From assembly GCA_031361545.1 (NCBI GenBank), contig JANLRG010000511.1, positions 91-64,090 of the forward strand: a DNA stretch of 64,000 nt, given 5' to 3'. The position numbers were made by a program, and so were the translations under genes. Every line of letters begins with the position of its first letter. The stretch's first letter is position 1. This document shows positions 10,112-19,866 of this stretch, piece after piece. The stretch is from Bacteroidota bacterium. GTDB lineage: Bacteria; Bacteroidota; Bacteroidia; AKYH767-A; 2013-40CM-41-45. The notes beneath the pieces are model-generated. The model was not told where the DNA came from. It was given only the letters and a program-made list of their open reading frames with translations, and searched no databases.

Positions 10112-10565
10112 GTACTTCATTTTTTTGTGGGGAACAACAAGCTTGAGTTTCCTTCATCTCATAATGCGGATCATTAAATTCGGCGTCTTCGTGAAAATAA
10201 TAAACTTCCCATTTAACACCATCTGGATCTGTTACCCAAAATTTATCTTGTTTTGCATAACAACAATTTGTTCCAACTTCTTCTTTGGTCACTAGATTTT
10301 TCTTTTTTGCTTCCCACAGTTTGATGTTTAAATCTTCAATTGTTTCCACTTGAAATCCAAGATGGCCGAAATTTGATTGGACACGATTTTTATTTTCTAC
10401 AAATGAAATAATCAGTGAAGGATCGGATAAAGAATATTTTGCATAACCCGATTTTATTTTGGTTGGTGCTTGATTAAAAAATGAAGTATAGAATTCTGTT
10501 GATTTTTGTATGTCGGCTACATAGAGACTAACATGCATTCTTGGAAATTGATTTTTCATCGTCAT
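10098..10565 (-). CDS. VOC/glyoxalase-family protein, ArsI/CadI-like (candidate C-As lyase or metal-binding)
   Basis: Glyoxalase/dioxygenase fold cues (MHVSLYVADIQKSTEFY, GHLGFQVE). Vicinal Cys pair in TNCCYAKQDKFWVTDPDGVKWE and a second CC near the C-terminus. The start is moved to the internal ATG because the long ORF would overlap arsR by 113 nt. Confidence 0.55.
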   Translation of the reverse strand: MTMKNQFPRMHVSLYVADIQKSTEFYTSFFNQAPTKIKSGYAKYSLSDPSLIISFVENKNRVQSNFGHLGFQVETIEDLNIKLWEAKKKNLVTKEEVGTNCCYAKQDKFWVTDPDGVKWEVYYFHEDAEFNDPHYEMKETQACCSPQKNEVHETN

Positions 10566-10587
10566 TGAATTATTTTGAATTATTTTA

Positions 10588-10920
10588 TTAGCAACATTTA
10601 GGATTATTAGTATTTGTTTTAGCAAAAAATTCGCTGAACTGTTTTTCGAACAATTCGAATGTTTTCCAATTAATACAATAGCAGGATTTTGCTCCATCAA
10701 TAGAGCCTGTAATTAATCCGGCTTTTAGTAATTCTTTGAGATGTTGAGATACGGTTGACTGTGCCAATGGTAGAACGGAAACAATTTCTCCGCAAATACA
10801 ACTTTCTTGTTTGGCAATTTCTTTCAAAATAGCTACTCGAGCAGGATGACTGATTGCGTTAGCAAAGTTGGCGAGGAGATTTTCTTTTTGATTGAAAAGA
10901 TCTTTTTTATTGGTTGCCAT
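10588..10920 (-). CDS. arsR: ArsR/SmtB-family metalloregulator
   Basis: Winged HTH with a CxC metal site (ESCICGEIVSVLPLAQSTVSQHLKELLKAGL). It is the first gene of the ars cluster. Confidence 0.85.
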   Translation of the reverse strand: MATNKKDLFNQKENLLANFANAISHPARVAILKEIAKQESCICGEIVSVLPLAQSTVSQHLKELLKAGLITGSIDGAKSCYCINWKTFELFEKQFSEFFAKTNTNNPKCC

Positions 10921-10935
10921 GTTTTATTAATAGTA

Positions 10936-10953
10936 TATCGTAAATATACGATA
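10936..10953. promoter_or_regulatory. 18-bp near-perfect palindrome TATCGTAAATATACGATA immediately upstream of arsR; candidate ArsR operator
   Basis: Inverted repeat read directly, 16-33 bp upstream of the arsR ATG. ArsR/SmtB repressors bind imperfect inverted repeats overlapping their own promoter. Confidence 0.45.
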
Positions 10954-11130
10954 AAAATTAATAGAAAAAAGAATTATCAAATAATTTTATTAAAATGATT
11001 TTTGGCGAATAAAATGGAGTTTAAGGAGTATTTTTATTGATAACGGAAAAAATAGCAAAGGTCTACATGATGAGAGTGAAAAATTAGAACTAATTATATA
11101 CGTTAAAAATTTATTTCAAATGTTCTAGTT

Positions 11131-11622
11131 TCAACTATAAAGAAATTGCATGATGGTCACATCAAGGAGTCTTCCGAATTTAAAACCGACTTCTTTCATT
11201 TCGCCGACTAACCGGTAACCAATTTTTTCATGAATGTGTATGCTGGATTTGTTTTCGCTAGCAATTCTAGAAATCACGGTATGATTATTTAATTCTTTGC
11301 CGGAAAGAGTAACAATTTGTAACAATTGTGACCCAATTTTTTTACCTCTGTTTTCATGGTGGATATAAACAGAAACTTCTACGGTAGTGTCATAAGCACA
11401 ACGATCGCTGTATGGACTTAGTGAAGCCCATCCAACGATCGTATTGTTTTGTTCTGCCACCAAAATCGGATGATTCTTCTTGTGATTATTGAACCATTCA
11501 ATTTGCTTTTCTATCGTTCTTGGAGAAGTATCGAATGTTGCCGTGGTATTTAAAATGGCCTCATTGTAAATTTCTAAAATAAAAGGTTGATCATTAAGCG
11601 TTGCTGTCCGAATATTTATCAT
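11131..11622 (-). CDS. GNAT family N-acetyltransferase
   Basis: Acetyl-CoA binding motif region (HENRGKKIGSQLL), about 160 aa. Confidence 0.7.
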   Translation of the reverse strand: MINIRTATLNDQPFILEIYNEAILNTTATFDTSPRTIEKQIEWFNNHKKNHPILVAEQNNTIVGWASLSPYSDRCAYDTTVEVSVYIHHENRGKKIGSQLLQIVTLSGKELNNHTVISRIASENKSSIHIHEKIGYRLVGEMKEVGFKFGRLLDVTIMQFLYS

Positions 11623-11667
11623 TTTTCAAAGGTACAGATTAGCCGATATTTATTCAAGAGTTGTTTC

Positions 11668-12189
11668 TTATAGCGTAAAGCGGAAAGATAAAGCTCCATC
11701 AAAGTAACCGTAAAATCCAGGAATAAAATCAACTTGTGGTTTAACATCTAATCCAATTGTTATTGGTGCTCCTTTGAATTTATATTCTAACCCAAGAATA
11801 AAATCTGCTCCAATAAAAACATTACTTGAATAGGCTCCATCAGGATAATCTGTGGAATAGTATTTATATCCTTTGTTTTTGTAATAATAATAATAACCGT
11901 AGTTGTAATCACCTTGAAAAAACCCAACGTGAGCTCCGCCGCCATAAAACCATTTTAGCCCATCAGCGTTTGGAAATGTTTGATGCTTTTCATATAAACC
12001 TGTAATGGTAAATGCATGTCTTCCAAATCCTAATATTCCTTCAAGAGCTGTCGTACTTCCTGTGAAGTGTTTTACAGTTATCCCCGAATTGAGCCCAGCC
12101 AATCGAAAACCTATTCCTGTTTTATAATCTTGTGCTCGAATTGCTGTAGTCAATACTACTAAAGCAATAATCATCATTATTTTTTTCAT
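11668..12189 (-). CDS. small outer-membrane beta-barrel protein (porin-like / OmpW-like)
   Basis: Signal peptide, alternating amphipathic strands, C-terminal aromatic residue (SFRFTL). Unusual Tyr-rich loop (GDYNYGYYYYYKNKGYKYYSTDY). Confidence 0.55.
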   Translation of the reverse strand: MKKIMMIIALVVLTTAIRAQDYKTGIGFRLAGLNSGITVKHFTGSTTALEGILGFGRHAFTITGLYEKHQTFPNADGLKWFYGGGAHVGFFQGDYNYGYYYYYKNKGYKYYSTDYPDGAYSSNVFIGADFILGLEYKFKGAPITIGLDVKPQVDFIPGFYGYFDGALSFRFTL

Positions 12190-12283
12190 GTGCTTACTTT
12201 TAAATGTTTCTTACTATTATTTAAACTAATTTAAGTTTTAATTAAAATCGAACATTCTTTTACTTGAAATAATGTTCAATGTT

Positions 12284-14149
12284 TCATTTTGATTGAAGTA
12301 TTTCATCAATCGTTTGTTGAGTAATAGAATGATAATTTGGTCGTGCTGTAGTATAAATTTCTTTGGCCATTTCTTTTCCCTTTTCTGTTTTCACCATAGC
12401 AATGAATAAGGGTTTTACAAATTTGCGTCTTCCAATTTGATTTAAAAATTCTTTCAAAGCAGGATATGCTACCTCATAATTATTTTCAATAGATTTTTCT
12501 AGCCAAGCAAAAAGAATCTCTGAGTTTCCTGATGTTGTAAAATGAAAAGCATCATCTAGATCTTTCATCTGCAAGATAGTCATCTTTTCTGGTAATAGAT
12601 TTATAAACCGTAACCACTCATAGGTTGAATAACCACTCGTCTTAAGTTGGTGCGCATTGCCATTCATCTTCCACTGTTCCACTTGCTTTGCAACTTCAGT
12701 AAATTTGACAGAAGTAATTGTTGGACAATTTTTAGGTAAACCAGGACTATAAATCCACTCTTCAATATTTATTTTCTTTTCCAATTCAGAATCGTTATTC
12801 AGTAAATCTCTTTTATATTCTTCTATAAATTGTTCTGTTGTAATTGTTCCAAATGCATGTTTGTGAAAATAGTTTTTTAAAAATTGATCGAATTTTTCTC
12901 GACCTACATTTTCTTCAATAAGTCGTAAAAGGAAATGTCCTTTTTCATAGGCAATATCATTCACCGCATCATCAGGATCTCTTCCTTCTAAATTTAATTT
13001 TAAATGTGTATCTGAACTTGTATCTCCTAAATCTGTAATAGTGTTTTTTAAATCTTCTAAACCTAATAACGATTGCATGTCAGCAAAATCTTTTCCATAC
13101 AACGTTTCCATTATACGTAATTCGAAGTAAACTGTAAATCCTTCATTCATCCAGAAGTCATTCCAAGTTGCATTAGTTACTAAATTTCCACTCCAACTAT
13201 GAGCCAACTCATGTGCGACTAACGAAGTTAAAGAACGATCTCCTGCTAAAATTGTTGGAGTTGCAAAAGTTAACATTGGATTTTCCATTCCCCCAAAAGG
13301 AAAGCTAGGAGGAAGAACAATTAAATCATATCGTCCCCAAGCATATTTTCCATACAAATTTTCTGCGACGTTCACCATCTTTGGTAAATCGGCAAATTCA
13401 TAAACTGCCCGATCGATGGTCACGCTTTCAGCATAAACACCAGTACGATTATCCAATGGTTTGAATTCAAAATCACCTACAGCTAACGCTAGTAAATAAG
13501 CAGGAATTGGATGAGGCATTTTGAAATGATAAATTCCTGAATCATTTTTTTTCTGTGGATTTTCTGCACTCATTGCAGCCATCAGTTGACGAGGAACTTT
13601 GACATCGGCCTCGTAGGTAAATCGAATTCCCGGACTATCCTGAATAGGGACCCATGTCCTTGCAAGAATTGCTTGTGATTGTGTAAATAAAAAAGGCTGC
13701 TTCTTTCCCGCTGTTTGCTCTGGCGAAAGCCACTGTAAAGCTGACGCTCCTGGTGATGTAGAATAGAAAATAATTATATTTTTTGTTTCTGGAAGTAAAT
13801 CAACAATCAATTCGCTCCCTAGAAAAGCAACCGGTTTTTTTAATTCAAATTTTAAATTGGTATTCCCTTCTGCTGACTTCACTGAATCAATTGTGAGGTC
13901 TCTCGTATCTAAATGTATTTTCGTTGAATTGTTTTTTCTCTCAATGGTCAATGTTGCATTTCCTTTTATAATTTTTTGATTGAAATCTACTTCTATATTC
14001 AATGCCAAATGTTTTACAAAAGCTTCTTCTGTTATTGCAAATGAATGTGGGTCTTTTCGTGTGTAGATTGTCATTTCTTTTTTTGGTTTATTTGTGCAAG
14101 ACCAAGCAACTGTACTTACCATGATTATCGCCAGGATAAATTTTATCAT
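12284..14149 (-). CDS. M1-family aminopeptidase (leukotriene A4 hydrolase / aminopeptidase N-like), secreted
   Basis: GAMEN-like (FGGMEN) and HELAHSWSGN ... WMNEGFTVY (HExxH-18-E) zinc motif. Lipoprotein-type signal. Confidence 0.85.
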   Translation of the reverse strand: MIKFILAIIMVSTVAWSCTNKPKKEMTIYTRKDPHSFAITEEAFVKHLALNIEVDFNQKIIKGNATLTIERKNNSTKIHLDTRDLTIDSVKSAEGNTNLKFELKKPVAFLGSELIVDLLPETKNIIIFYSTSPGASALQWLSPEQTAGKKQPFLFTQSQAILARTWVPIQDSPGIRFTYEADVKVPRQLMAAMSAENPQKKNDSGIYHFKMPHPIPAYLLALAVGDFEFKPLDNRTGVYAESVTIDRAVYEFADLPKMVNVAENLYGKYAWGRYDLIVLPPSFPFGGMENPMLTFATPTILAGDRSLTSLVAHELAHSWSGNLVTNATWNDFWMNEGFTVYFELRIMETLYGKDFADMQSLLGLEDLKNTITDLGDTSSDTHLKLNLEGRDPDDAVNDIAYEKGHFLLRLIEENVGREKFDQFLKNYFHKHAFGTITTEQFIEEYKRDLLNNDSELEKKINIEEWIYSPGLPKNCPTITSVKFTEVAKQVEQWKMNGNAHQLKTSGYSTYEWLRFINLLPEKMTILQMKDLDDAFHFTTSGNSEILFAWLEKSIENNYEVAYPALKEFLNQIGRRKFVKPLFIAMVKTEKGKEMAKEIYTTARPNYHSITQQTIDEILQSK

Positions 14150-14171
14150 ATAGCAAAGTTAATAAAAAGAA

Positions 14172-14220
14172 AATGGTGATTAACAGACTTGCATTTGCAA
14201 ATTGTCTGTCAATCACCATT
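14172..14220 (-). terminator. long hairpin (17-bp stem, one mismatch) after the M36 protease gene
   Basis: AATGGTGATTAACAGAC ... GTCTGTCAATCACCATT, followed by a T-rich tract on the minus strand. Confidence 0.5.
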
Positions 14221-14243
14221 TCAAAGTGATTTATGAATTGATT

Positions 14244-17200
14244 TTAATCTTGCTTGTTCACGACTATTTTTTTAGAAATAGTTTGGCCATTCTCAGTAAC
14301 ACTTACAACAATGAATGATGTTGCGAGATTGTTTATCGTGCGACTGAATAGAGTTCCTTTGTTAAATATTTCAGAAAAAATAATTTGTCCTAATGGATCG
14401 GTTACTCTTATCTGAGCATCTTTTGCTGCATGATCAAATTGAATTGAGAATTGATCATTCTTTCCATTGATGGTAATAGATTGATGACTAATTTCTGCAA
14501 CTCCATTTGCACTGATTGTAATTACTTGAGCGTAATCTGCAGTACATCCTTCTGTTGTTTCAATGTGAAGGATGATTGTGTATGTACCATCAGTTGTAAA
14601 TACATGAACAGGATTCACATCTGTTGATGTATTGCCATCACCAAAATTCCACGAATAAGAAGTGATATTTCCTGCAGAGGTGTTGGTGAAGTTTACTGTT
14701 AAACCTACAGCGGAATATGTATAACTACTTACTGGATTTACAACGGTAACTGCAACCATTGCAGGTGCGCTCGAACAAGGAAGAACTTGCACTTGCCAGT
14801 CGTAACTATAGTAATAATATGTTAGTTGATTTGAAGTGCTATTGCTAGAAGTGATGCTCACTAATCCGCCAATTGTATATGGATAACTAGCTCCAGCATT
14901 GTTACGATACAAATTACTTCCTGCAGAAACACCTAATTGATAATCGCCTGGTGTTTGAATGTCAAAATTCAAAGTTACTCTGCTTTGACCATCAGGGACA
15001 GAAAGTGTTAAGGATTGAATTAATGTGCCAGTCGAATTGTAGAGATTGAAAGTTCGGTCTGTTGTTCCCGTTGCATAAACCAAAACAGAGATCAATCGCA
15101 TTGGCCCATAGGTAGTGAAATACTCTTTCCCTTCAAACGCTGTGTTGTGATATCCTCCAGCCGCGAAAGTATTATCTGTAGGACCTACATTTTGTAAAGG
15201 AGTAGGAGTAAGTTGTCTTACAGTATAATTCGTGTTTGACACTAAAGAAGGAGTTGTAAACGATAATGTATTTGCAACGAGATTGTTTAGATTGTCATAC
15301 CATTCAGCTGCATTACCTGCAGTTACTACCGCTGTTAAAGTTGTAGTTGCCGATGGACAAATTGTAGTTATTCCAGAAACAGTAGGAGCAGGATCTAATG
15401 TTATAGTGATGTAGGATGTTTTTGTTATCGCATCATTACCTATAGCATTTGTTACAGTTAAAATTACTGTATATGTTCCGGGACTTGAATAAGTATGCGT
15501 TGGATTTTGAAGTGCAGAAATTCCTCCATCACCAAAATCCCATGCCCATTGTTGCGGAATGTCTGTTGATTGATCAGTAAAATGAATGATACCAAAACAA
15601 GTTGTAGTAACATCTGCTGTGAATTGCGCAATAGGAGCGACAGTCGGACTCTGACAGAATGTTGGAATAGAGAAATCTTCTGTTTCATCACCTGCTGTAT
15701 TCGCGCTTCCTTGGTTTGCATTGAAGCCCATTCCTCTTCTTGCAAAAACTTGCCAGATTAAACATTTGTGTATGCCACCATATAAATTATCATCTGCTGC
15801 TAGAATTGCATCGCGTCCATCTAAAAATCCAGGACCACATGGTTGAAGTTTCATTCCTTCAATTACTAAATGCATTGCGATATTATTTCCACTTGTTCCA
15901 TTGATCCAATCAGGATCAAAACCACTCAGATCAACCAATGCCCAATTTAAATCCCATAAAACGGTACACCATACTTCACCAATGTCATGAACTTCTCCAC
16001 TTACGGCAAGAAAACTATAAGTTTCAGGATCGATAGACATATCGGTACTGTAAGGATATCTTCTGATGCCGGCACCAGTTGGAATTTCACCTAAGGCAAA
16101 CGTTCCTACGCCTCTCGCATCAACACCTAAGTCTCCAACTTTTGCTGTAAACATTAAAGCAAACCAATCGCTCCATCCTTCACCACCTTGTTCACCATTA
16201 CTCAAACAATTGCTGTTACTTGGTCCACCTGTTAGACGGTTTGAAACCCCGTGTCCAAATTCGTGAGAAACGATACCATTATCAAGTGAACCGTCGATTC
16301 CCACAGGGGCAGTAGGAGGTGGATTCAATGTTCCGTTGACAGCACCACTTGATAAAGTTGTTCTAATTAAATTTCCATCTACTTGAGAAATCATCACAGC
16401 AGGAATAGTGACTGAAGCACCGTTACCATTATCTCCCATTGCAAAGGGAGCAGAAGCAATATTGTTGATGACAATTACAGCAACCGCTCCAGCATTTTGA
16501 GCTGCTAAAACTTTATCGACGAAATTACATACACCTCTGTCGAGTAATGCAATTTTTCCATTCACATCAACGCCGTTGATTAGTGCGCTACATGCATCTG
16601 AATTTGGAGCTGCTCCATCATCAACTAAAATAATATCTTGGGTAATTGGGACAGTTACACTTGGACCGAAACCAGCACCAGCCACTATATAAGAACCAGC
16701 AATTCCAGCAGGGCTATTGATCACAAGTGTTGAAGAAGTGTTTCCACTCCATAAGTACATTTGCATCCGACCATTTTGTCCGTCATTCGGTGTTGAAAAA
16801 TTAGCATTGTTGGTTCCTCCGCCATCTTGAGATTCTGCAATTACATAATCGGTACCAGCTCCATTTCCGGAATAATTAGTCTCCTGAAAATTTCCTGCTG
16901 CTTCATCAAAACCATAGTGAGAAAGGTAGTCGTGAACCATGTTGTTGACATAAAACAAATTCACATTGGCGGCATCTGTATAGGTAGTTGGTGATTGCGT
17001 AAAGTTGATTGGAAAATCAAAAGTCAGACTTGCTGTTCCATCAGGAGAAGTTCCAGGAGCGTCTATATTGGCGATATCATCATAAGCAAAAACATTATTT
17101 CCCCGTGTAATAGTATATTCTGGTCCGGGAATGCCATCCGTATCATGCCAACCGAAAGGAGAGGCAATACCATCAGATGGATCTGTCACAAGTACAGAGC

Positions 17201-17996
17201 TGCCGAAGGATGGGGCTTCCAAGGGAAAAGGATAGACGCGATAAGTAGCAATAGCATTTGTTGAATTTCCTGAAGCTGCGCGAAAAGGAACAGACAATGA
17301 TTTTGCTGGAGAAATTTCTTTTATTTCTGATTGTCCAAAGTCGCATGAAACAGTCCAGTCATTTTTATTGAGATAGTTTCCTGTTACTGCATCGATGCGT
17401 ATATTCCACCAGTGACTTCCATCAATCATTCGGAGATTTACATTGTATGCTAAACGGATTTGCTGATTGATTGGAAGAAAAACCAAGTCAACATTAATAG
17501 TTGTAAGTGACACGCCTCCTTTTGAAAAAATATAATTGTGAGTTAAATTGTTACTAGTAATGAGTTGAAGTTCCTCAGAAATTTTCAATCCCAAATGGTC
17601 TATTGCTTTTTCAACAGCAGTTTTAGGGGCGATACTTGCAACAGAAGTGTTGGCATTTCCTTTTGCATTTGAAACAATTCTTTTAGCAAATGAAACAACT
17701 TGATTGTTTTTTATTGAAACAGATGAAACACTATTGAAAATTTTTATTCCATCAATTGTTTGTTGAACGTAAGCATGTGTTACGCCGGATTTTTGATCGA
17801 CATACAGATCGGAGAATATCCAATTCGATAAATCATCGTCTGTCAAATTAAAAACGCGCTGATTTGTTTTCAAGTACTCATTGATGAGCGTCTTTGATTT
17901 TTTTTGATTGACAAGTTGGTTTGAATTGCTTGCCGCAAAATTAGGCGACATGCAAATCAGCGTCAGTAATAATGCTGAGAGTAATTTTTTGTACAT
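14244..17996 (-). CDS. M36 (fungalysin)-type zinc metalloprotease with PA domain, PKD repeats and T9SS C-terminal sorting domain
   Basis: HEFGHGVSNRL (HExxH) and the GEGWSDW motif typical of M36. FTP/PepSY-like propeptide region. PKD-like (WAWDFGDGG, WNFGDGNTS) modules. C-terminal Por_Secre_tail-like end. Confidence 0.75.
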   Translation of the reverse strand: MYKKLLSALLLTLICMSPNFAASNSNQLVNQKKSKTLINEYLKTNQRVFNLTDDDLSNWIFSDLYVDQKSGVTHAYVQQTIDGIKIFNSVSSVSIKNNQVVSFAKRIVSNAKGNANTSVASIAPKTAVEKAIDHLGLKISEELQLITSNNLTHNYIFSKGGVSLTTINVDLVFLPINQQIRLAYNVNLRMIDGSHWWNIRIDAVTGNYLNKNDWTVSCDFGQSEIKEISPAKSLSVPFRAASGNSTNAIATYRVYPFPLEAPSFGSSVLVTDPSDGIASPFGWHDTDGIPGPEYTITRGNNVFAYDDIANIDAPGTSPDGTASLTFDFPINFTQSPTTYTDAANVNLFYVNNMVHDYLSHYGFDEAAGNFQETNYSGNGAGTDYVIAESQDGGGTNNANFSTPNDGQNGRMQMYLWSGNTSSTLVINSPAGIAGSYIVAGAGFGPSVTVPITQDIILVDDGAAPNSDACSALINGVDVNGKIALLDRGVCNFVDKVLAAQNAGAVAVIVINNIASAPFAMGDNGNGASVTIPAVMISQVDGNLIRTTLSSGAVNGTLNPPPTAPVGIDGSLDNGIVSHEFGHGVSNRLTGGPSNSNCLSNGEQGGEGWSDWFALMFTAKVGDLGVDARGVGTFALGEIPTGAGIRRYPYSTDMSIDPETYSFLAVSGEVHDIGEVWCTVLWDLNWALVDLSGFDPDWINGTSGNNIAMHLVIEGMKLQPCGPGFLDGRDAILAADDNLYGGIHKCLIWQVFARRGMGFNANQGSANTAGDETEDFSIPTFCQSPTVAPIAQFTADVTTTCFGIIHFTDQSTDIPQQWAWDFGDGGISALQNPTHTYSSPGTYTVILTVTNAIGNDAITKTSYITITLDPAPTVSGITTICPSATTTLTAVVTAGNAAEWYDNLNNLVANTLSFTTPSLVSNTNYTVRQLTPTPLQNVGPTDNTFAAGGYHNTAFEGKEYFTTYGPMRLISVLVYATGTTDRTFNLYNSTGTLIQSLTLSVPDGQSRVTLNFDIQTPGDYQLGVSAGSNLYRNNAGASYPYTIGGLVSITSSNSTSNQLTYYYYSYDWQVQVLPCSSAPAMVAVTVVNPVSSYTYSAVGLTVNFTNTSAGNITSYSWNFGDGNTSTDVNPVHVFTTDGTYTIILHIETTEGCTADYAQVITISANGVAEISHQSITINGKNDQFSIQFDHAAKDAQIRVTDPLGQIIFSEIFNKGTLFSRTINNLATSFIVVSVTENGQTISKKIVVNKQD

Positions 17997-18806
17997 TGTT
18001 TAGAGGAATAATTGTTGAATTGTAAATCTTGAGTTAATTAAAAGGAATAGTGGTTCTACTTTGTCAGTGAATTGCTATTTTCAATTCTTTTCAAATATAT
18101 ATAAAAGAAATGAGTCAAAATATAACTAAAAGTGGGTGTTAAGACCCGTCTTTCTTGCAAAAACAGGGTATGAGAGATAAAGGTTGTGAGTACAATGAAA
18201 GAGTGTACGAGATTTGACTTGGATTTAAATAAGAATTGCCAAATTCCTGTTGAAGATTTTCAAGATCCGTTCAAAGTTCTATTTTCCTATTTTTTGTTTC
18301 AGTCGAGCTAAAACGGTTGTTGAATGATCTTAAAAAAGCTATTTTCCAATTTTGTTCTTTGCAAAAGCTAACAAATTTTAGTTACCACTTTACAACTACT
18401 TATTCACAACAGTAAATTAGTGTTGAGTATCAAGACAAAGAATTATTCTTTGGAGTTCTCAATGCCAAAGACGATTCTGCAAGTACGAATTATAAACAAA
18501 TTTTGTTCAAAACGCTTGAAAGCCTTGTCAGGCAAGGGTTTTGGAGGTCTTTACTTAATTACAAACATAGCGAGGTGGATAATTGTCAATAAAAATTGAA
18601 GTTAGTCCTTGCATATGTATGATAAAAAAAGAATTTTTGTTCAGGTGATCGGGAATTAAATAAACCGATAATTCAAAAAAATTTAAAGCTTAAAGAGAAC
18701 GTTATCTCTTCGGTTCGATGATTATCATTTAAAAGTCGAAATGAAAGGGACTGGGAATTTTAGCCTCTATACCGAACCACAATACTGAACCACATTTTTA
18801 AAAGTC

Positions 18807-19772
18807 ATGAAAAAAGAAATTCTATTAGAAGAAAACAAAGATCGCTTCGTGCTATTCCCTATTAAATATCCAAAAATCTGGGAGATGTATAAAAGATCTG
18901 AACAAAGTTTTTGGACCGCTGAAGAAGTAGATCTTCATGCAGATTTGAAAGATTGGGAAAATTTAAAAGACGGAGAGCGTCATTTCATTAAACACGTTCT
19001 TGCTTTTTTTGCAGCAAGCGATGGAATAGTGAATGAAAATTTGGCGATTAATTTTATGAATGAAGTGCAATTGCCTGAAGCACGTTGTTTTTATGGTTTT
19101 CAAATTATGATGGAGAACATCCATTCTGAAATGTACTCTCTATTAATCGACACTTATATAAAAGACTCTGCCGAGAAAACTCATTTGCTACATGCTATAG
19201 ATACTGTTCCTTGTGTAACGAAGAAAGCTGAATGGGCATTAAGATGGATTTCTAATGGATCTTTCGCAGAACGCTTAATTGCTTTTGCTGCTGTAGAAGG
19301 AATTTTCTTCTCTGGATCTTTCTGCTCAATATTTTGGTTGAAGAAACGTGGATTGATGCCCGGTCTAAGTACGTCGAACGAATTTATTAGTCGTGATGAA
19401 GGAATGCATTGTGATTTCGCTTGCTTGCTTTATGACATGCTTGAAAATAAACTTCCACAATCTCAGGTTACAGAAATTATTCGTGATGCTGTTCGCATCG
19501 AACATGAATTCGTGACGGATGCATTACCGGTTTCTTTAATTGGTATGAATTCTAAATTAATGTGTCAGTATATCGAATTTGTTGCTGATCGCCTTTTAGT
19601 TTCGCTTGGCTGTGAGAAAACTTTTATGAGTACGAATCCTTTCGACTTTATGGAAATGATTTCTCTTCAAGGAAAAACAAACTTCTTTGAAAAGAGAGTG
19701 AGCGAATATAAAAAAGCTTCTGTTGGACAACTTCAAGAGGAAAACCTCTTTAAACTAGACGAAGATTTTTGA
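18807..19772 (+). CDS. nrdB: class Ia ribonucleotide reductase beta subunit (R2)
   Basis: Di-iron ligand motifs and a radical Tyr region (ENIHSEMYS; EGIFFSGSF; SRDEGMH). Confidence 0.9.
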   Translation: MKKEILLEENKDRFVLFPIKYPKIWEMYKRSEQSFWTAEEVDLHADLKDWENLKDGERHFIKHVLAFFAASDGIVNENLAINFMNEVQLPEARCFYGFQIMMENIHSEMYSLLIDTYIKDSAEKTHLLHAIDTVPCVTKKAEWALRWISNGSFAERLIAFAAVEGIFFSGSFCSIFWLKKRGLMPGLSTSNEFISRDEGMHCDFACLLYDMLENKLPQSQVTEIIRDAVRIEHEFVTDALPVSLIGMNSKLMCQYIEFVADRLLVSLGCEKTFMSTNPFDFMEMISLQGKTNFFEKRVSEYKKASVGQLQEENLFKLDEDF

Positions 19773-19866
19773 TTACCCGCGATTGTCAAAAAATAATTTC
19801 AATCAATAATAAAAGTTCTTTGATAAATAAGCTTGTTCAATTTACTTCATTCGGTAACAAGAATAA

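Noticed and set aside
10098-10700. Long 200-aa form of the VOC ORF
   Set aside because: Its N-terminal 45 codons overlap arsR by 113 nt and are not part of the VOC fold. The internal ATG at 10565, just after the arsR stop, is the more plausible start.
18000-18806. Cobalamin riboswitch or NrdR box upstream of nrdB
   Set aside because: No GCCACTG B12-box and no 16-bp NrdR-type palindrome could be found by eye. Only a short GAACCACA direct repeat is present.
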